A stretch of DNA of 64,000 nt from the human T2T-CHM13v2.0 reference genome, Homo sapiens: assembly GCF_009914755.1 (NCBI RefSeq), contig NC_060937.1; one strand, written 5' to 3'. The position numbers and the translations under genes were made by a program. Shown one piece after another: positions 56,563 to 64,000 of this stretch. The notes under the pieces were generated by a model. The model had not been told where the DNA came from, did not search any database, and saw only the letters and a program-made list of their open reading frames with translations. How positions within the stretch are numbered: position 1 is the stretch's first letter; each line of letters starts with the position of its first letter.

Positions 56563-59500
56563 ATTAGGAGGATTAAATGAGATCATAAAGATAAAGTGTC
56601 TATATAGGCAATATAGGGTCCAATAAATGTTGGGTATTATTATTCTGCCATTAGCTGAATAATTTTGGGAAACTTAATTTCTCTAAATTTTTATTTTCTC
56701 CTGTGGAGAAAAAAGAATTTTAATGATATACATCTTACACAGTCCTGTGAGTCTTCATGACAGCATGTGTAAAGCACCTTCTGTATGCCAGACACAGAGA
56801 AAACACATACAGGTTCCCAGAACTCTACAGGGTCTGTTCTGTTGAGCCGTGTTGCCTCTCTGATGAATGTTTCAAAATAACCATAGACAGAATATACACG
56901 ATATATATGTTGTGATCAAAGACCGAATGAGAATTTTTATGGGAGAGTCATAAATGTCTTAAAGACAACTACTAAATGCTTTTCTTAAGTCAATATTTTG
57001 AAGGCCAAAAAAAAATCTACTGAATAAATATAAGAAATAAGAAGGCTTCTGAAATCACACCACATTTTTTAAACATTCAGTGACTAGTACCAGAACCTGA
57101 TGGATAACTTAGGACGTTTCTGTCACTAACAGCCAGAGAAGATCGTCGGGTGGTCAGAGCTGGTCCTGGGGTGCAGGATGGGCATATAGCAGGTCTCAGC
57201 CTTTGATGTTCCGCCTGGGTCTGTCCAGGAAACTAGCAGGAAAAACTCTAATCTTGGTAGTATTTTAGTTCCTGTGAGCCACCAACATACAATATTTGTA
57301 ATCAGCATTTCCTACACAGTCTGATTTCCTCTTTGTCCCCATGGTCTTCTCATTTCTATGGCTATTAGGAATCTTTCCAGACAGGAAACTGCTATTTTCA
57401 TTAAGATGCTATCAGAGCACAGATTCAAAGGAATGCTACTTAAGGGGAGTTTTATTCCAAAATAATGAAAAAAAAAGACATAATTTTATGGATTTCACCA
57501 AATGTTCTACCCGGAGAAGACAAAACAACTAAGAAATCCGTCTTTCCTCCCACCTCCTTTCACCTACACGATTCTGTTCTCCATTCTGGCTGTGGCTGTT
57601 TAAGAAAGCAGATGCTTTAGGAAGCCAGCCAGGGAAAGTTCAGTTAGTTGGGTCCATGAGAGCTCCCTCCAGGCCCCCATCAGGACTTTTCTGGCTGTTA
57701 GGACTTCCTGAAACATGAGTGAAAGTAGGGAGTGCAAAGAGCTGGAGGCTTCCTCCGAGCTCCCCGTTTGGATGCAAATGACAGTTAAAGGTTCATTAGG
57801 CAGAGCTGGGGAGCAGGTCTGTATCTTCATCCGGTGGGACAGAGGCTGGGCAGGCAGGACTGGTTGAGGGGTGATGGTGTCTGGTTTTCCAGTAAAACTC
57901 CTCCCATGACAGCTCTAACTCCCGCCAGGCCTGGTTTCTAAGAGGAAAATGTTTAATCTGAAATTTTATCTGAACATGGGAGGACTCCCTCTCCCAAGAT
58001 AAACCTATCAGGCCATTCTCCTTTCACTCTTGAATTGTAGAGTCCACTTTCATTCTCGGTTAAGGTTAAGAAAGTCTTAGCGTACAACACGCTGGAAATG
58101 TGGTGGTAGGTGCAGCCAATGGGAACTAGGGAGGATGGTGGGAGACATTTAGCACAGACCTCACGTTGCTCTACTTACCCTGGGAGGTTTACAACAGGAG
58201 GGGCAACTCTTCTCTGCCTGTCTCTTCAAAGGGAAACCTCGAAACCCTTCCCATCCCAGAGGGGCCAAATCATCCCGCTGCAATCCCATGGGAGGCCCTT
58301 GTGGCCATGGCACTAATGCACACAGAAGAAGTGACAGAGTTATGAGCTGAAGAAACCCCCGGAGTTGGGTTTCCAGTAGACACAGGCATGTTATGGAAAA
58401 CAAGATAAATAAAAGAAAAGGCTTTTGCACCTTCCATTTGAACAGGGAGTAGACTATTCCAAAGGCTAAGATACCTTTCCCGAAAGGACACTCCCTAATT
58501 TATTTTTATGTCTCCATGAGTTCCCCCCAACCAGGAGAAAAAAGCAGGCCAAAAGAGGTATAATAGGTAGTTAATTATTCTTTTTGGATGGACTGTTGAC
58601 ACCGACCCTTTCTTTTCTGACGTGGATGCAGAGGCCTCCGTGTTGGTGCAGTGTGAACTAGCACTGACAGAGGGAGAGAATCCTGCAGCCTGGGTGTGAC
58701 GGGCCATGAACATGTCCTGGAGCCCATAGAGAGGACTGGAGGTTGAGAGAACTTGGGCCTTGCCTGGTCCAGGCCATTTAATTTACAGAAAAGTACATCA
58801 AGACCCAGGGAGCTTAAAGAGCCCAAAGTCACATGGACAAGTAGCAGCAAGCAAGGACTAGAACCACCCTTTGTTTCCTGGCCACCACCCTGACCCCATG
58901 CTGCAGCCACTTGGGGCCACCAGAATCTAAGATGAAAACAAGCGAGTGGAGAAAGACATCTTCAGGGTGGAGAGCTCAGTAGTCCTCAGCTTCCCACCGG
59001 AAGAGTTTATAAAAGAGTATGTCCCATTCTTTGGGGTGACTGTTCTTTACTCAGAACCACTTCTGTAGGACTGAGGAGCAGCCCCGGGAGTGGTGCAGCA
59101 GCTGTGGAGCCAGTGACGACCCTGCCATTGCAGCTGCTGTTCTGCCAGGCCCCCTCAGGATGACTTCAGATGTGGACTAGAAACGTTCCTTGTTAAAGAA
59201 CTGGAGAATGGAAATTGTCCAAGTTGACCACAGTACATAGCCTTGTTACTGGAGCAGACGAAGCAGTGTTATTTGCTAGATTTTGCTTTGAAACATCCCA
59301 AGGAAAGACGTCTCCTCTTGGACTGCAGTAAAAATGCTTCATAAAGGGCAGCTTGTACAGGATTGGGGATGAGAGTGTGTGTGCCACACGGTGCCAGAGG
59401 GAGGCAGGAGGCTGGGGCAGCTCCTCCAAAGCTGGGCAACGGAGGTTTCCTTGTCCCTGCTGCTAATCTCTGATTAAGCAACTTGGTGAAAATCCAAAAG

Positions 59501-60589
59501 CTCTTAGGAGAACAGGAGTGGTGGCATTTGCTCTTCGGTGCTTGGAAGCAGATCATGTGAAAACTCTAAAGCCCTGAGAATCAAAGCACAGCCACCTACC
59601 TAGTCAGGAAGTTCAAGTGCACTAGGTGTGGGCCCAAGGCTGGCACAAGCATATCCGCCCCCAAGGGAGCTCCCCTCCAGGCTGATGCTGCCTTCAGGCT
59701 CAGACACCCACCTGCTCCTGTACCCAGCTGTCTGAGGGCTCACAATGGTCTGGGAGCTGCTTCACTGTGGCTACCATGTGGTGGGAATTTTTGGTTTGTA
59801 GGTTTTGTTTTGCTAGAAATGGAGGTGAGCAAGTAGACAAAAGCCCCCTGTGGAAGATTCCTCTCTGTTCTGTTCTCTTCTGTTCTGTTCACCCTGGCTC
59901 AGCTTGTATCACCTTCTCTCCCGCCCACTGTCTCTTCCTCCTGTGGCCTCACTGGTCTGGGCCCTCCTCCCTGCTGCTCAGCCCATGTCCTCAGTCAACT
60001 CTCAGGCCACCTCTGCAGACAAGCCCTTGCCTCCCCCGATAACCCCCCTGAGCCTTTGGGATTCTCAGGCAGTGGCCAGAAGGCATGCTCTCTGGAAGAG
60101 CCAGGAAGCCAGCCCAGGACCGGGACTCTCAGTTATGGGAACACACAGAGTAAGAAAACAGCCTGAGTGTCTTCTTTTAAAGTCTCCTCCTCTTCTCCAT
60201 CCCACGAGGACTCTTCTGTCTTGTTACTGTATGTCTTGATACTCTAGAAATTTCCTTTTTAAGCCAGATGCCTCAGGAAATTAACAGGCAGTCCAGGAAC
60301 TGATTCATGGGCACCCTTTTCGACTTCTTTTCTCCTTTTAAAGAGTATGACAGTGAACTCACAGCTCCCCTGATAAGTTGTACGCATGCATGGATGGAAT
60401 TCAAGATTATCAGGTTTTTTTATTGTGTTGTCTTTTGGCCAGAATGTCTAATTGAGCTGTGGGACTTTTCCAGACCCCTGACACAGAAGGGTTAGCCAAT
60501 GGAGAGCAGGCCTTATAAATGTCTTTCTGTGGGAAGGGCCAGTTGGAAGAAAAGCCCCACTCTGGGCTTGTGAACACTAAAGCTGGTTC

Positions 60590-60812
60590 TCAGCTCTAGA
60601 GTGTGGACCCTGGGTTTGCTTCCCAACTCTGCCACTCACGAGGTCTGTGACCTTGGGCAGGTCACAAAAATCTCTGTGCCTCAGTTTTCTCATCTGTGAA
60701 GTGGGAGGAGTATAATCCCCTATCTCATAGGGTTTCTGGGAGGATTAAATGAGCTTTATTTTATAGCACAGTGTCTTAGACACATGGCATTTAATGAGTC
60801 TTGGCTATTATT
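60590..60812 (+). mobile_element. MIR
   Basis: tgtgaccttgggcaggtcac...tctctgtgcctcagttttctcatctgtgaa...gaggattaaatgag. Confidence 0.85.
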
Positions 60813-60984
60813 TATTTTATTAATAGTATATGAACTGATTGTGTAAGAATAGTCTTTGTATGGCCACAGGTCCAATCAATCACTAAATTCCTTTTGAGTT
60901 TATTGTGTAACCTTTTTCTTTACATGGAAACAACCCTACTTTGATTACTTATTACCAGTCCAGATCAGTCTGATTTAAAAACAG

Positions 60985-61280
60985 GGCTGGGTGTGGTGGC
61001 TCAGGCCTGTAATCCCAGCACTTTGGGAGGCCAAGGTGGACAGATTGCTTGAGGTCAGGAGTTTGAGACCAGCCTGGCCAACATGGTGAAACCCCGTCTC
61101 TACTAAAAATACAAAAAAAAATAGCTGGGCGTGGTGGTGCATGCCTGTAGCCCTAGCTACTCAAGAGGCTGAAGCAGGAGAATTGCTTGAACCCTGGAGG
61201 CAGAAGTTGCAGTGAGCTGGGATCGCGCCACTGCACTCCAGCCTAGGCGGCAGAGCAAGACTCTGTCTCAAATAAATAAA
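60985..61280 (+). mobile_element. AluS-like
   Basis: Full dimer; short TSD aaacagg. Confidence 0.94.
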
Positions 61281-61570
61281 CAGGAAGGCTCCAGGTATCA
61301 CGTGCATTTTGCCAGCTTGCACTATTAGTGTTGTGTGTGTGTTTCCCTGGCATGTTTACAGCTTCATAAATTAGCTGGCTGCCCTACAGCATCAGGCAGA
61401 CAGGAGTGTTTTTTCTTAATTGGCAGTGGGAAAGTGGAGTCGGGGACCAGTGACCCACTGTGTGTGATTCCCACACTGAGCTCAGCCGCAGCCCCCTAGA
61501 AATAGGAAACCTACCCTCAGAGGCTTTCCCTTCCCAGCATCAGCAGCTAGAACCATGGGACCCCAGTTAG

Positions 61571-61858
<288 letters not shown>

Positions 61859-62138
61859 GACATGAATTTTCCTGACTGATCTTAGGAAAGAGATTCAGTT
61901 TGTTGCACCCAGTGTTAACACATCTTTGTCAGAGAAGACTGGCGTCAGCAGCCAAAACACCAGGAAACACATTTCTGTGGCCTTAGCCAAGCAGTTTGTT
62001 AGTTACATATTCCCTCGCAAACCTGGAGTGCAGACCACAGGGGAAGCTATCTTTGCCCTCCCAACTCGTCTGCAGTGCTTAGCCTAACTTTTGTTTATGT
62101 CGTTATGAAGCATTCAACTGTGCTCTGTGAGGTGTGAA

Positions 62139-62144
62139 ATTAAA
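62139..62144 (+). terminator. Candidate proximal polyadenylation signal (ATTAAA)
   Basis: Variant hexamer about 280 nt after the stop codon, with U/GU-containing flanks. Confidence 0.35.
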
Positions 62145-62901
62145 AACATTATGTTTCACCAATATTTAAACATCAGTACTAGTTGTCCTGGGAGAAAGGG
62201 AAAGGAGTTTTATGTTGCGTGAGAGGCCCATCCTGTGTAATTGGAGCAGGGCACACTTGCTTCCTGTTGAGTTAACTCAGAGGTTAAGTCCAACGGGCCA
62301 CATGCAGACTTCACTGTAGGCAGGTTGCTCTCCTGCTTTGATTCCTGTTTTGTGTGTAAAATTGGCATAAACTTCTTGATTGCAGTGAAATCACAAAATT
62401 CTCTATCGGGGTGGTCAACCTGAGAACATTTATTGGAACCTCTTAGCCACATTTCCAGCAGGGCAAACCAACTGATGCCCTGGAAGAGTCTTCCGCACCC
62501 TCTCCAGGTGCACTCGGCCCAGTCCTGCCGCCGTGTCCAGGCGCCCCTCACCCCCACACCTGCTGCATGGCTGGCCACACCACTCAGTGCATGGCGGCCG
62601 ATGGGCAGCCAACCCAAACCCGCGCCTTTCCTTGTTCCACTGCAGACTCAGATACAGATGCGAAAAATTCCTTCTTCCACCGCCCTTCTCGTTCTGTAAA
62701 GAAAGAAAAGAAACATAGCCTTTCTGCATATATTCTAAACGTCTCTCTGCCTCTGTCTGACATGGGGCCACCCCACAGGTCAGAGTGGTGGTAGAACCCC
62801 TTCAGGACTCCCAGCGGTGGTCAGGCTCTGAATACTCCCTTCCCAACATCCAGACTGCTGGGCCTTTGGCATCCACTTACATTAGAACCCACGTTTGTTT
62901 C

Positions 62902-63695
62902 AGAGCACATTTTGGACTTTCACTGTTGGGAAATGAATGAATTTATAACATGCCTGCACAGCGAAGGAACACACCTGTCGCTCTTAGCTCTAGAGTCAGA
63001 GGATGAGTAAACCCAGATGCAAGAGTATAGGACATTGAGTGGGGAGAACAAGACGACCACAGAAGTCCTCAGAAGGAGAAGGAAGGACACGGAGACACTG
63101 AGAGGAGGACACAGAGGAATCGCCACCAGATCTTTGCAGTAGAAACTCTGAAATAAGCCTTGAGACCCAGACAATTGTCATGATCAGCCCAGTGTGTATG
63201 AGAGCTTAAACAAGACCTTCACACACAGTTCTAATTGAAAAGAATTCCAAACATTTCAGGGAAACACCTTTTTAAAAAATATACTGACATGGTTTCCTTT
63301 CTGTATCCCATCAGTGTTAGACACAGGTACCTATCAGAATACGGCATATCCTGAATTATCTAAGACAAGGAAGTGAAGAGCGGAATCACTGACTTTCCCA
63401 ACTGCAGAGTCCCACACTTAAATCTCAACAGAACCTAGATGTCTTCAGGCATGAATGTGAGCACCTGGAGCCCTTACTAAACAACCTGCCTGGAGCCCTG
63501 TTCTCTGCTCTGGTTGCCAAACCAGATTTTTGGATGGCCTAAATACTTGTGGGCAACTGTTACTGGTGAAAAATGGGAGTGGAGAGCATGTTTTGGATTT
63601 TCACTGTGGGGAAATGAATGAATTTATCACATGACTGTGCAGCGAAGGAGCACACCTGTCACTCTTAGCTCTAGAGTCGGAGGATGAGTCAACCC
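62902..63695 (+). repeat. 113-bp dispersed direct repeat (62902-63014 and 63583-63695) in the 3'UTR
   Basis: Ungapped alignment by eye, 12 mismatches in 113 bp. Confidence 0.92.
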
Positions 63696-64000
63696 TGTAG
63701 GAATGATTGTGCTAAATTAGGAAATAACACTTTAGTGCACTTTGCTTCCTAACCCTTTTTTGTCAGAAATCTACAACCTACTGGGCATGGAAATGATTTA
63801 AAATATGATCTGCATTGACTAAGAAAACTCATCCTCACTTATGAGGTGACCAGGATGCAGAGAGGGCCTGAGGGGCAGCAGAACAATGCAATTCACAGGT
63901 GAGGCTCCAAAAAGGGCCATTTCTTTCTCCCCAAGGTGCATAGAACATTTTTAAATATCAGAGTACCCAGCAAGACGGAAGGACTGTCATGCAGGAACTC

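Larger units (their letters stand above)
61859..64000 (+). other. ATP8A2: ATP8A2 3'UTR (probably continues beyond the window)
   Basis: Follows the stop codon in the terminal exon. Largely repeat-poor. I did not see a canonical AATAAA here; a variant ATTAAA lies at 62139. Confidence 0.75.

Overview
Primate (most likely human) genomic DNA containing the 3' end of ATP8A2, a P4-ATPase phosphatidylserine flippase, on the + strand. Four coding exons (3451-3539, 10456-10560, 54403-54494, 61761-61858) splice in frame at canonical GT-AG sites. They encode the last transmembrane segment and the regulatory C-terminal tail (...DVAWRAAKHTCKK...[21 protein letters not shown]...KKKSRKK*), followed by the start of the 3'UTR. 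The rest is intronic, including a 43.8 kb intron, and is dominated by Alu, L1, L2, MIR, LTR and hAT-like fossils. Nearly all ORFs in the supplied track are repeat-derived or chance. I found no convincing new multi-gene system. The best leads are: several candidate cryptic or alternative splice events that would remove the autoinhibitory GYAFS tail; a young twin-primed L1 with an unusually large internal deletion; nested L1 and Alu insertions; a 113-bp dispersed duplication in the 3'UTR; a TCF/LEF site cluster; and small templated-insertion scars. Repeat subfamily names and the boundaries of old repeats are by-eye estimates.
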